Source of the DNA: Sulfolobus acidocaldarius DSM 639
GTDB lineage: Archaea > Thermoproteota > Thermoprotei_A > Sulfolobales > Sulfolobaceae
Length of the DNA: 32,000 nt
Reading direction: 5' to 3'
Assembly: GCF_000012285.1 (NCBI RefSeq)
Contig: NC_007181.1
Span: 660,001 to 692,000 of the forward strand
This document shows positions 19,989 through 28,639 of the stretch, piece by piece (position 1 is the first letter of the stretch; each line of letters opens with the position of its first letter). Below the pieces are notes generated by a model that was not told where the DNA came from, did not search any database, and saw nothing but the letters and a program-made list of their open reading frames with translations. Made by a program: the position numbers and the translations under genes.

Positions 19989-20318
19989 ATGTCTTCAAAG
20001 ATTAAAGTTTATGCGGACGCCGTAGTTAAGTATGAAACTAATCTGAAAGAGATAGAGAAAAAGATCGCTGAAGACGGAAAGAAGCTTATTTTACTTTCTG
20101 AAAGTCTTACCCAAAAATTGAAATCCGTAGCAGAAGAATACGTAACCAGTATTTCTGCTGAGTTGGAAAGGAAGTATGCAGAAGAAGCAAATAAACTTAG
20201 ACTAAAGTATGGTGAAGAGAGAAGTAAGGAGATTAATAAAATAAAGCAGTTAGCAGAAGCTAATCTAGATAAGGCTGTAGATTTTGTTATATCAAAACTT
20301 CTGGAGGCTTATAAATGA
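19989..20318 (+). CDS. coiled-coil protein, possibly an A-type ATP synthase peripheral-stalk subunit (H-like)
   Basis: 109 aa, Lys/Glu/Ala-rich and predicted all-helical. It is coupled by an ATGA overlap to the subunit C-like gene. The assignment rests on context and composition only. Confidence 0.35.
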   Translation: MSSKIKVYADAVVKYETNLKEIEKKIAEDGKKLILLSESLTQKLKSVAEEYVTSISAELERKYAEEANKLRLKYGEERSKEINKIKQLAEANLDKAVDFVISKLLEAYK

Positions 20319-21274
20319 GTACAAACGTATATGTAACAGCATTAGCTAGGGTATATAAAGCTAATACTCTAACCAAATCCACAGTATTAGAGCTATTAGA
20401 CACTAAGAACTGGAAAGACGCTGTTACAATACTTAAAGACAAAGGTCTAATTCCAGAGATTCCCTCAAAGTTAGAGGATGCGGAAAATTTATTGAGGGAC
20501 AAGGCTGTAAAAACTGTTGCAACATTGAAACAATACACATTAAACTCTAAGGTGGCTGCTCAAATTTTAGATTTATACGAATTTATACTAACTCTGGAGG
20601 ATATAGAAGCTGTAATATCAGCTAGTGTTCTAGGTAAGAAGGATGGTGTAAATGTTAGGTACTTAAAGGAGCTTGTTGATGTAAGACCACAATCATTAGA
20701 GGATGTAGTTTCTACTGTGAAAGGAACCTATAAGGAAGCTCTTAGATTTTCTCTGGATAAAGCAGGGAATAAAACGCCATCTCGAATAAATTCCTACTTA
20801 GAATACTATTTCGTCGATCGGCTATATCAAATCATAAGTAATATAACCGGAGATGCGAGGATGAAGGCACAAGAGATTATATGTGGTTATGTTGACTATG
20901 TCGCAGTTTCCCTTGCATTCACGTTAAAGGAGCAGGAGAGGTCTATATGTAAGATCTCATCAGATATAATTAGAGATATAATTAACATGGCTAGACCAGA
21001 TGAACTTAGTAATATATTGAGCAGAACGAGTTATGCAAAACTTCTCACCTTAGGTAATCCTTATGATTTATTAGCCTCATTTAAACGTGCTGCTAGAGTT
21101 CTTGCTCGAAACGCTTCAATAAACGCATTTATGAATTCACCATCTGTAGTGTCTGTTTTGGCAATTGCGGAGTTAACAAAATTAGATTATGAGGATTTAG
21201 TAACAATACTAAATGGTATAGCTCTTAAAATAAATGACAAGATAAAGAACCAACTATCATTTGATATAGTCTAA
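20315..21274 (+). CDS. atpC: A-type (V-type) ATP synthase subunit C (AC39/d family)
   Basis: The N-terminus NVYVTALARVYKANTLTKSTVLELLDTKNWKDAVTILKD follows the family pattern Y..aRvr.....Ll......L.......a...L. Length is 319 aa, all helical. Confidence 0.6.
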   Translation: MSTNVYVTALARVYKANTLTKSTVLELLDTKNWKDAVTILKDKGLIPEIPSKLEDAENLLRDKAVKTVATLKQYTLNSKVAAQILDLYEFILTLEDIEAVISASVLGKKDGVNVRYLKELVDVRPQSLEDVVSTVKGTYKEALRFSLDKAGNKTPSRINSYLEYYFVDRLYQIISNITGDARMKAQEIICGYVDYVAVSLAFTLKEQERSICKISSDIIRDIINMARPDELSNILSRTSYAKLLTLGNPYDLLASFKRAARVLARNASINAFMNSPSVVSVLAIAELTKLDYEDLVTILNGIALKINDKIKNQLSFDIV

Positions 21275-21613
21275 AATTTTTGAATCTATTATATATTCAC
21301 CATCTTTATTTCTAACTATTGTGTAATCAGGTATCTCAGGTGGGTCTGGCATATTTGGATATGGTTTCTCCCTGCCTAGATAAATCCATCTAAGTTTACC
21401 TTTATTCTTTTCTAACTTGTACCAGTATTTACCAATGTAAATGTACTTCTTATCGTTCTTGTAGACTAAATGATAAGGCTTTAAATATACTCCAAAGTCC
21501 TTTATACTATCGTTATAATCGTAAACTTTTGACTTCAATTCTGATATAATTGTCTCAAAAACTCTTTGTGGTACTTTTACCAGCATTGTATACACTAATC
21601 TTTTTACTTTCAA
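21257..21613 (-). CDS. hypothetical protein
   Basis: 118-aa ORF with normal codon usage and the Tyr/Lys-rich motif YIYIGKYWYKLEKNKGKLRWIYLGREKP. I cannot assign a family. Confidence 0.55.
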   Translation of the reverse strand: MKVKRLVYTMLVKVPQRVFETIISELKSKVYDYNDSIKDFGVYLKPYHLVYKNDKKYIYIGKYWYKLEKNKGKLRWIYLGREKPYPNMPDPPEIPDYTIVRNKDGEYIIDSKILDYIK

Positions 21614-21645
21614 AAAAAGAAATCAGTAATGCGAAGGGTATTAGC

Positions 21646-22626
21646 ATGAGAACAAGAACTATAAGTAATACAGGGATCGAGATTTCCGAGCTAGGGATTG
21701 GGCTTTGGAGTTTGGTGACGAAAGAATGGGGTGCTGACGTTAATAAAGCTGAAGACATACTAAGACGTGCTTTTGAATTAGGGATTAACTTTTATGATAC
21801 TGCCGATGTATATGGAGAAGGATTAGGGGAAAGTATTTTAGGTAAAGTATTCTCCTCTAAGCGAGATAAAGTAGTGATTCTAACTAAAATAGGTCTAGAC
21901 TTCTACCATAACTCGGTGAATGGGAAATACCCTCGAAACTATAGTCTTGATTATCTATCATTTGCTTTTGAAAAAAGCCTTGAACGTTTGAACACAGACT
22001 ATGTTGATATACTTATGATTCACAACCCTAAAATAAACGATATAAAGAATAAAAAATTGTATGACTTTTTGGATAGCCTGAGAAAGGACGGTAAAGTACG
22101 GGTTATAGGTGTAGCTTTAGGTCCAACTTTAGGGTGGGGTGAGGAAGGATTAGAGGCAATAAAAATGGGATATGGTTCTCTTGAATATATATATAACTTA
22201 ATTGAACTAAGACCAGGAATCGAGTTCTTGAATTATGACATAGCCCACTTTGTTAGAGTTCCTCATGCATCAGACGCTTTAAATGAATCTAAGTGGCCTA
22301 TATATAACGATCCTAAATTTCATAGAAGATATAAGGATATAAACTGGATAAATAAAGCAATTGAAAGATCAAGAGACCTTATATCATTTGCAAGGTCTAA
22401 GCATATGACTCTAGCTCAATTAGCACTTAAGTTCATTTTATATAATAAGAGAGTTACCTCAGTAATTCCCAATGTAGCATCTATTAGTGAGTTAGAAGAA
22501 TTTGCAAAAGTTGAAAATTTGGAACAATTAACCGAAACAGAATACGATTATCTGTATTCTTACTCAATACGAAATTATAGAGATTTAAATGACGAGAGTA
22601 TTGAGGAGACTAAACAGTATAAGTAG
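21646..22626 (+). CDS. aldo/keto reductase family oxidoreductase
   Basis: MRTRTISNTGIEISELGIGLWSL...INFYDTADVYGEG..E..LG...DYVDILMIHNP. I chose the ATG at 21646; the ORF-track extension from 21550 overlaps the neighbouring gene and is hydrophobic junk. Confidence 0.85.
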   Translation: MRTRTISNTGIEISELGIGLWSLVTKEWGADVNKAEDILRRAFELGINFYDTADVYGEGLGESILGKVFSSKRDKVVILTKIGLDFYHNSVNGKYPRNYSLDYLSFAFEKSLERLNTDYVDILMIHNPKINDIKNKKLYDFLDSLRKDGKVRVIGVALGPTLGWGEEGLEAIKMGYGSLEYIYNLIELRPGIEFLNYDIAHFVRVPHASDALNESKWPIYNDPKFHRRYKDINWINKAIERSRDLISFARSKHMTLAQLALKFILYNKRVTSVIPNVASISELEEFAKVENLEQLTETEYDYLYSYSIRNYRDLNDESIEETKQYK

Positions 22627-23185
22627 CTAAATATTCTAAAAATTTTCTAAATGCTATAGCTCTATGAGAATACTTATTCTTCTCTTCTGTACTCATTTCT
22701 CCAAAAGTTAGGTTTACTCCATCTGGTATAAATATAGGATCATATCCAAACCCTTTGGTTCCTCTTATTTCAGTGCTAATACTACCATATACTCTACCCT
22801 CAAATAACTTTAGTTGAGTACTATCAACATAAGCTAATACAGTAGAGAAGTACGCTTTTCTATTTTTTTCCCCTTCTAATAATCTAATAATCCCTTCCAT
22901 CCCTATCTTTCTTCTGACGTAATTACTATAAGGTCCTGGAAATCCGTTTAACGCCTCTATAAATAATCCACTATCTTCTACAATCAGAGGTCTATTGATT
23001 TGATTATACGCTATGATTGCTGAAAATTTAACAATTTCCTCTAGCGAATCAGCCTGAATCTCCACCTTAGGTATGTTAAACCATATCAGTGAGACGTTAA
23101 AATTCTGAGCTATACTATTCATTTCTTTGAACTTATTCTCATTGGACGTGACTAGTATTATCTCTCTTTTTTCTTCTTTCTTCAA
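22610..23185 (-). CDS. non-canonical purine NTP pyrophosphatase (ITPase, HAM1/RdgB family)
   Basis: [11 protein letters not shown]...VEDSGLFIEALNGFPGPYS...GFGYDPIF...KNKYSHRAIAF. TTG start. Confidence 0.85.
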   Translation of the reverse strand: MKKEEKREIILVTSNENKFKEMNSIAQNFNVSLIWFNIPKVEIQADSLEEIVKFSAIIAYNQINRPLIVEDSGLFIEALNGFPGPYSNYVRRKIGMEGIIRLLEGEKNRKAYFSTVLAYVDSTQLKLFEGRVYGSISTEIRGTKGFGYDPIFIPDGVNLTFGEMSTEEKNKYSHRAIAFRKFLEYLATYTV

Positions 23186-23798
23186 CGTATCTTCCCCTCA
23201 TTCTAATCTCCTTCATTTTTTCTATAACTTTGTCTGAGTCCATCATGGTAGAGTATCCTTCCTTGAATCCTTCAAATATTTCGTCTTTAAAATGACTGTG
23301 AATACTTTCTAGGGATCTCAATAAAACATGAATATCTGTTGCAAAATCCTCAATATCATTACTTTTCTTAGCAAGTCCGAAATCAATTAGAAATAATCCT
23401 TCATCTGTGTATATCATATTTGTCGTAGTTAGATCTCCGTGGATTATATTAGCCTTATGAAGAAGGGATATCATTAAGCCCATTTCTTTTCCTAACTCCC
23501 TTAAGTTTCTTCCTTGGTTAAATATATCCCTTAGTGTAGTACCCTCTATATATTCCATTACTATCAGGAATTGTATAGGATCAACCAAAAGTATTGCTGG
23601 TACATTTACCCCAGATTTTAGAGCTGAGTATATCATTCTAGCTTCCAATTTGGTTCTGCTCTCATTAATGGCTCTATCAACAATATCGTTTCTATAACTC
23701 TTTTTTATCCTTTTTTTAAACACAGCATGTATGCCTGCAAAATACCCCTCGTATATTATAGCTTCCGCTCCTCTTTTTATCTCTCTGACTATCTCCAT
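23139..23798 (-). CDS. bud32: KEOPS complex kinase/ATPase Bud32 (PRPK)
   Basis: RGAEAIIY...E.R....A...GV.VP...MEYIEG...[12 protein letters not shown]...LIDFGLA is the atypical RIO-like kinase fold. It overlaps the kae1 stop by 10 nt. Confidence 0.85.
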
Positions 23799-24787
23799 GG
23801 TATATCAACTTTATCTATTCTCCACCTGGGTCTTATTATGGACTTTTCTATAGGTATAAATACTCTGTGTTTAGCCGCCAATAATCCTGTATATGCTATC
23901 ATCGCACCATTATCACCGGAATATTGTGAAGGAACTATTTTTAGCTCAGCCCCCCTATCAGCAGCTAATTTCTCAAGTTTACTCTTTAGACTAACACTAG
24001 CCGCAACACCACCTACAACTAGAATTTCATTTTTTCCAGTAAGAGCCATTGCTCTCTCGGTAGCCTCCAATAGCATGTCAAAAGCTATTTCTCTGACACT
24101 ATAGCAGATATCTGGTAAATTTCTCTTGCTTAACAGTTTTAGGGCTGCAGTTAGTAAACCTGAATAAGACATATCTTGTCCTTTCACTATATATGGTAGT
24201 TCAACATACTCCTTACCTTTGTCTGCACAAATATCTATTTGGTGAACACCATTTACAACATAAGGAGGAGCAAGTCCAGCTTCTCTCACAAATACGTCAA
24301 TCATATTACCTAATGCGATGTCGAGTGTTTCTCCGAAAACTCTATACTTTCTATCAAAGAATATAGAAATTATAGTGTTTCCTCCTGAAAGGTATAAGAT
24401 AAGAGGATCTTTTGCATTCGTAGAGTACATACCAATTTCTATGTGAGCTATTCCGTGATTTACAGGGATAAGTTTCTTATTGAAAGATAAAGCTAATGCT
24501 CTAGCAACTGTAGCACCTACTCTCAATGCAGGACCTATACCTGGACCTAAAGCTACCGCTACGCCATCTATATCTTTCATATTTACTTTGGCTTCATCTA
24601 AAGCTTTTTTCACTATAATAGGCGCTTGTTCAACATGATGTCTAGCTAACTCTGATGGTTTCATGCCACCTTGTGGCGGTATGTAAGTATCCTTAACATT
24701 AGCTAAAATTTTGATACTATTGTTTTCTTCTTTGACTATACCTACACCAAAAGTATGAGCGGTACTCTCTATTCCTAATATTATCAT
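23789..24787 (-). CDS. kae1: tRNA N6-adenosine threonylcarbamoyltransferase Kae1
   Basis: [16 protein letters not shown]...NHGIAHIE...YLSGGNT...VVGGVAAS. Length is 332 aa. Confidence 0.95.
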
Positions 24788-24987
24788 CTGGATTTACCTA
24801 TAAATTCGGTATAGCCACATTTACCGCATGCCCATCGTTCCAGAGGCTTCATGTGATGAGCCATGATACTGCCGCATCTAGGACATTTTTTATTCTTTAG
24901 CTTTATTGAATCTTGTTCTACTTCGTAATAAGTTCTTACTACAGCTTTAGATTGATTTTCATTGTTGTTTTTGGGCACTCTTACCAC
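24784..24987 (-). CDS. rps27ae: 30S ribosomal protein S27ae
   Basis: 67 aa. Zn ribbon CPRCGS...CGKCGYTEF. Confidence 0.9.
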
Positions 24988-25315
24988 CCTTCTTTATCTT
25001 TTGCCCGGTATCTCTTCCTATTAAATATTGCGGTTCAAGTTTTTGGAGACTATCCTTATCTTTGTATACATTCACTCTTGCATAACTTATTCCAGATCCA
25101 TAGTTTGTAAATACCTTCTTTACAACCACAAGATCCTCAGCTGTGCTAAATGTAGAGGCTATAGCTTTCACTAATTCTTTCCTTGATGGAGTTCCAGAAC
25201 CTATGTGAAAGAGTTTAATGTATAGTTCTCTCCTATTAGCAACATTATTTTGAATATCTCTTTCAACTATACCTTCAACCTTATCTGAGACCTTAATTTT
25301 GATTTGTTGAGACAT
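24959..25315 (-). CDS. rps24e: 30S ribosomal protein S24e
   Basis: [27 protein letters not shown]...[21 protein letters not shown] is typical S24e. Confidence 0.9.
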   Translation of the reverse strand: MSQQIKIKVSDKVEGIVERDIQNNVANRRELYIKLFHIGSGTPSRKELVKAIASTFSTAEDLVVVKKVFTNYGSGISYARVNVYKDKDSLQKLEPQYLIGRDTGQKIKKGGKSAQKQQ

Positions 25316-25341
25316 CGGATAATAAAAATAGGAAATAGACT

Positions 25342-26139
25342 TTAAGAGTTACGGAGATCCTTTATAATATCTTCAGCAACTTTTTTACCTGACAGAACCA
25401 TGGAACCGAATATTGGACCCATTCTAGGTAAACCTCTAACTTCGGTTACTGACATACCTGCAACATAGAGTCCAGGAGCAACTACACCTGTTTGTTCTAC
25501 AGTAAGTTTTTCAGCCATTTCACTATAAGCAGATCTTTCACCTGGAATAACTATTCCTAACTCTGGTATCTTTCTTGAAGCTACTGCAACAACCTCTGCG
25601 TCATGACCTGTTGCATCAACAACAGCTTTAGCTGATATAAACACCGGGTCAACGTGGAGTCCAGCCATTTGAGTTGCTGTCCATTCTACTGCAACACCTG
25701 CAACTCTAAGTGGATTTTCTCTAAATATTACATCATCTACAGTAACTCCATGTATAATTTTTGCTCCAGCATCAATTGCAGATGCAGCTAGTTTTGCCAT
25801 AAATTCTGCTGAATCTACGATGTAAACCCCATCCTCAACTTTTTCTAGTCTTATATTCATTTCTTTTAATACTTCATCAGCAGGACTCTCAATTACTAAT
25901 TTATGAAATAGCATGGCACCTCCTCCTATACCTCCTCCAAAGCTTAACCTTCTCTCGAAAACTAATGTTTTTAAGCCGTGTTTTGCTAAGTAATAAGCTG
26001 CGCTCATCCCAGCAGGTCCTGCTCCCACAATAACTACATCATTTTCAACAAAGTTCATCCAATCTTCCATAGTTTGCTTTATAATATACCTGCTAATTTT
26101 CACTTCATCTATTGCTTTGATTTTGATTGAATCTGACAT
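25342..26139 (-). CDS. thi4: thiamine thiazole synthase Thi4
   Basis: FAD/NAD fold [19 protein letters not shown]...[10 protein letters not shown]...DATGHDAEV...GLYVAGM...[13 protein letters not shown]. Confidence 0.9.
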   Translation of the reverse strand: MSDSIKIKAIDEVKISRYIIKQTMEDWMNFVENDVVIVGAGPAGMSAAYYLAKHGLKTLVFERRLSFGGGIGGGAMLFHKLVIESPADEVLKEMNIRLEKVEDGVYIVDSAEFMAKLAASAIDAGAKIIHGVTVDDVIFRENPLRVAGVAVEWTATQMAGLHVDPVFISAKAVVDATGHDAEVVAVASRKIPELGIVIPGERSAYSEMAEKLTVEQTGVVAPGLYVAGMSVTEVRGLPRMGPIFGSMVLSGKKVAEDIIKDLRNS

Positions 26140-26157
26140 GTCTTATCAATTAAATAG

Positions 26158-26166
26158 GTTATAAAC
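26158..26166 (-). promoter_or_regulatory. TATA-like box for thi4
   Basis: The minus strand reads GTTTATAAC, about 23 nt upstream of the thi4 ATG (26139). Confidence 0.3.
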
Positions 26167-26221
26167 TCACTTATATGTATTTTTATATCATACTTATTAA
26201 CCTATTTGTAGAGTAATAGTT

Positions 26222-26431
26222 ATGCCAATGCAGTTAAATACGAATATAACAGCCGTAAGGTGCAGTTGGTGCGGTAAAGTCATAAATAATGAACCTATTG
26301 TGGTCAAGACTTGTTGTAATAACAAACCATGGGTTTTTTGTAGCAGGCAGTGTTACAATATGTGGGTGAGAGATTGGCTGAAGAGTCAAGAACAACAGAG
26401 AGGAGCAAAGAAAAAAGGAGGAATGTTGTAG
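26222..26431 (+). CDS. small TRASH-type zinc-finger protein with a basic tail
   Basis: 69 aa. C14-x2-C17-x22-C40-x3-C44 (CSWCGK...VFCSRQC) fits the TRASH / zf-FCS metal-binding pattern. A TATA-like element lies upstream. Confidence 0.55.
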   Translation: MPMQLNTNITAVRCSWCGKVINNEPIVVKTCCNNKPWVFCSRQCYNMWVRDWLKSQEQQRGAKKKGGML

Positions 26432-27024
26432 TAGGCATATCAGGTGCTAGTGGAGTAATTTATGGTATAAGAACAGTAAAAACTTTGAATAATTTAGGCT
26501 ACGATCAAGAAATTATTATCTCGAATGGTGCTATAAAAGTAGCTGAAAAAGAATGTGGTTTAGATTTAGTTTCTACAATTAGTAAATTTGTAGACGGTAA
26601 AATATATAGGGAGGAAGAAATAGATGCTCCACCCTCTAGTTCTAGTCATGTGGTTAAATCTCTGGGAATGGTTGTAGTTCCTTGTAGCATTAAGACTCTT
26701 GCGGAAATATCTAATGGTTTATCTTCTAATTTAATATCTCGTACAGCCTTAAACTTTCTACGAATTAAGGGTAAATTGGTATTAGTTTTGAGAGAAACTC
26801 CCCTAGGGGCTGTAGAGCTAAGGAACGCTTTAAGGGTAACTAATGCAGGTGCAATAGTATTACCTGCATCACCCGGATTTTACCATAATCCAAAAACCTT
26901 TGATGATTTAGTGAATTTTATAGTGGGAAAAATCTTAGATATGCTTGGAATAGAGAATAACTTGTATAAACATTGGGATACTTCTTCTAAAACAGATCAA
27001 CGTCCTTGCGACCAAGTTTCTTAG
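26350..27024 (+). CDS. ubiX: flavin prenyltransferase UbiX
   Basis: VVVGISGASGVIYG...VVVPCSIKTLAEISNG...LVLRETPL...ASPGFYH. The start is uncertain: GTG 26350, GTG 26362 or TTG 26374. The conserved core begins only at about 26425. Confidence 0.85.
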   Translation: MLQYVGERLAEESRTTERSKEKRRNVVVGISGASGVIYGIRTVKTLNNLGYDQEIIISNGAIKVAEKECGLDLVSTISKFVDGKIYREEEIDAPPSSSSHVVKSLGMVVVPCSIKTLAEISNGLSSNLISRTALNFLRIKGKLVLVLRETPLGAVELRNALRVTNAGAIVLPASPGFYHNPKTFDDLVNFIVGKILDMLGIENNLYKHWDTSSKTDQRPCDQVS

Positions 27025-27385
27025 ATAGTAGTTCTTTGACTTTACTATCATAATCATTGTTCTTTCTTAGTTCCTTTTCCATATCCTCATTTTCACCATT
27101 CTTCTTACTGACTGCAAAAGCGCATTTGTTTCCGGGTAACAAAGCTCTCTTTTCACAATAAGCATATTGGCATTCTCCTGTAATACAGACGTCTCCAACC
27201 CACATACAGTAGCCAATCTTCTGTGGCGTACCTTTAATGTATTTCTTTTGTATACTTAATGCTTTTTTATTACATCTGAAAAATGGGCAAAGGTAATTAC
27301 ACTTTTCACCTAAAGGTGTAGGTTTAGGTTCCTGTAGCCCAAAGTCAGTCCTTTCGTGCTTAGGGGCGTTATCTCTTATCACCAA
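26987..27385 (-). CDS. cysteine-rich hypothetical protein (8 Cys, putative metal or Fe-S binding)
   Basis: 132 aa. C-x3-C-x4-C ... C-x6-C-x4-C-x4-C ... C (CNYLCPFFRC, CMWVGDVCITGECQYAYC), followed by an acidic/basic tail. Confidence 0.55.
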   Translation of the reverse strand: MVIRDNAPKHERTDFGLQEPKPTPLGEKCNYLCPFFRCNKKALSIQKKYIKGTPQKIGYCMWVGDVCITGECQYAYCEKRALLPGNKCAFAVSKKNGENEDMEKELRKNNDYDSKVKELLSKKLGRKDVDLF

Positions 27386-27427
27386 ACCTTATATCACCCA
27401 TGAAATCTCTGCTACTTCATAATAATT

Positions 27428-27973
27428 TTATAATTTCAACCATTTAAACATTATGTACCTTATGCTCCTATTCCTTTGATTCACAATAGATAGGATTAAA
27501 TTTTTTCTAGTACTATGCGAAACCCTTCCGAAACCTAGAATTTCATTCGGTGAAATCTCTTGTTCTTCGTCTATTGCTATTACGAGATACGGCGCATGTT
27601 CAAGACCAGGCGCTACTGTATAAATTGCAAAATCAGCACCATACTTCATCCCCGACCTGACCACAAACTTCTTCTCTCTTAAATCCTCATATACAGTATA
27701 TAATAATTCAAACCTGGGTATATTCTCCATCCCGATTTTGTATAAGAGTGCGTCATCGATCACTTTACCATCTCTTATAACCTCTATAATTTTCTTTTTT
27801 GAGAGATACAGGGCTTCTATAAGAGATAGAATAAGAGGTTTTTTTATGTCTTCAGGGCTTTTAGGCTTTGTTATATCTAGTGGTTTGCCGTAATATCCCA
27901 GCTTGTATATTTCTTTAGCTTTCTCTACATCATTAATTAGCACTTTATCTCCTAATATTTCCCCTTGGATCAT
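27428..27973 (-). CDS. endA: tRNA-splicing endonuclease, catalytic subunit
   Basis: 181 aa. The C-terminal catalytic domain VRSGMKYGADFAIY...HAPYLV...SHSTRKNLILS carries the Tyr/His/Lys catalytic residues typical of EndA. Confidence 0.9.
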   Translation of the reverse strand: MIQGEILGDKVLINDVEKAKEIYKLGYYGKPLDITKPKSPEDIKKPLILSLIEALYLSKKKIIEVIRDGKVIDDALLYKIGMENIPRFELLYTVYEDLREKKFVVRSGMKYGADFAIYTVAPGLEHAPYLVIAIDEEQEISPNEILGFGRVSHSTRKNLILSIVNQRNRSIRYIMFKWLKL

Positions 27974-27982
27974 TGAATCATC

Positions 27983-28615
27983 CTATTCTCTTAGAAAGCT
28001 TATATAAAGTATACTATTTGCTACATTTCGTAATAGATCTGCGCAATCTTCCAACCTATCTGCAACATCCTTAGTAAGTAAAATATAAGCAATACCACTT
28101 TGTTCTCTTTCGAAAAGTTTAACCTCAAAATTCCTATACAGATCATCTACCTCTTCCTCGATTTTAATTACATTTCTAGCTTTCTCTGATGCTTTTTTTG
28201 AACTTACCGATAATAAGCGTATGGCTTCTATAGTATTCATTAACGCTGCAATCAATTTTTCTGTTATTGTAATACTTAGATTTTGAAGTACATTATCATA
28301 CACTTTAATTACGTTATTCAAAACTCCAAATCTATAAGACGCCGCGCTTATATTTTGTGATATTTTCTCAAAATCACTTAAAATATCTAAGTATAATTCT
28401 TTGTTATTTATCCCTTCTGCTACTCTAAATATATATTCTCCCAACTTATATTTCAAATCTTCTACGGACGATTTTATTCCATCTATTTTAGAGTAGACTT
28501 GAGTATGGTTAGCGTTGTTCTCGGTAAATTGTTGATATAATATTCTCAGTTGGTCTAATATCTGGTTGGCTATGTACTGTAATTGTTCTTCGATCGAGAC
28601 TTCTGGTAAACTCAT
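27983..28615 (-). CDS. DUF47 / PhoU_div (YkaA-like) family protein
   Basis: Two three-helix repeats. IEEEVDDLYRNFEVKLFE...DVADRLEDCADLLRNVANSI parallels my recollection of B. subtilis YkaA (ENEADDLYRRAIAELFE...IYEHLEDAADKCEDVANIL). The first repeat ends in ISAASYRFGVL. Confidence 0.7.
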   Translation of the reverse strand: MSLPEVSIEEQLQYIANQILDQLRILYQQFTENNANHTQVYSKIDGIKSSVEDLKYKLGEYIFRVAEGINNKELYLDILSDFEKISQNISAASYRFGVLNNVIKVYDNVLQNLSITITEKLIAALMNTIEAIRLLSVSSKKASEKARNVIKIEEEVDDLYRNFEVKLFEREQSGIAYILLTKDVADRLEDCADLLRNVANSILYISFLRE

Positions 28616-28639
28616 TCACTCAGTAGTGTTGATTAATGG

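Noticed and set aside
21550-21645. 32-codon N-terminal extension of the aldo/keto reductase.
   Set aside because: It overlaps the 5' part of ORF118 on the other strand. AKR homology starts at MRTRTISNTG (21646).
20287-24104. ORFs 20287..20538(-), 21555..21758(-) and 23727..24104(+).
   Set aside because: They are antisense shadows of atpC, the AKR gene and kae1/bud32.
24913-25110. ORF 24913..25110(+).
   Set aside because: It is antisense to rps27ae/rps24e.
26140-26221. A possible TPP riboswitch upstream of thi4.
   Set aside because: The 82-bp spacer is almost pure A/T, with no conserved TPP-aptamer helices or CUGAGA-like core. It is better explained as two divergent TATA promoters.
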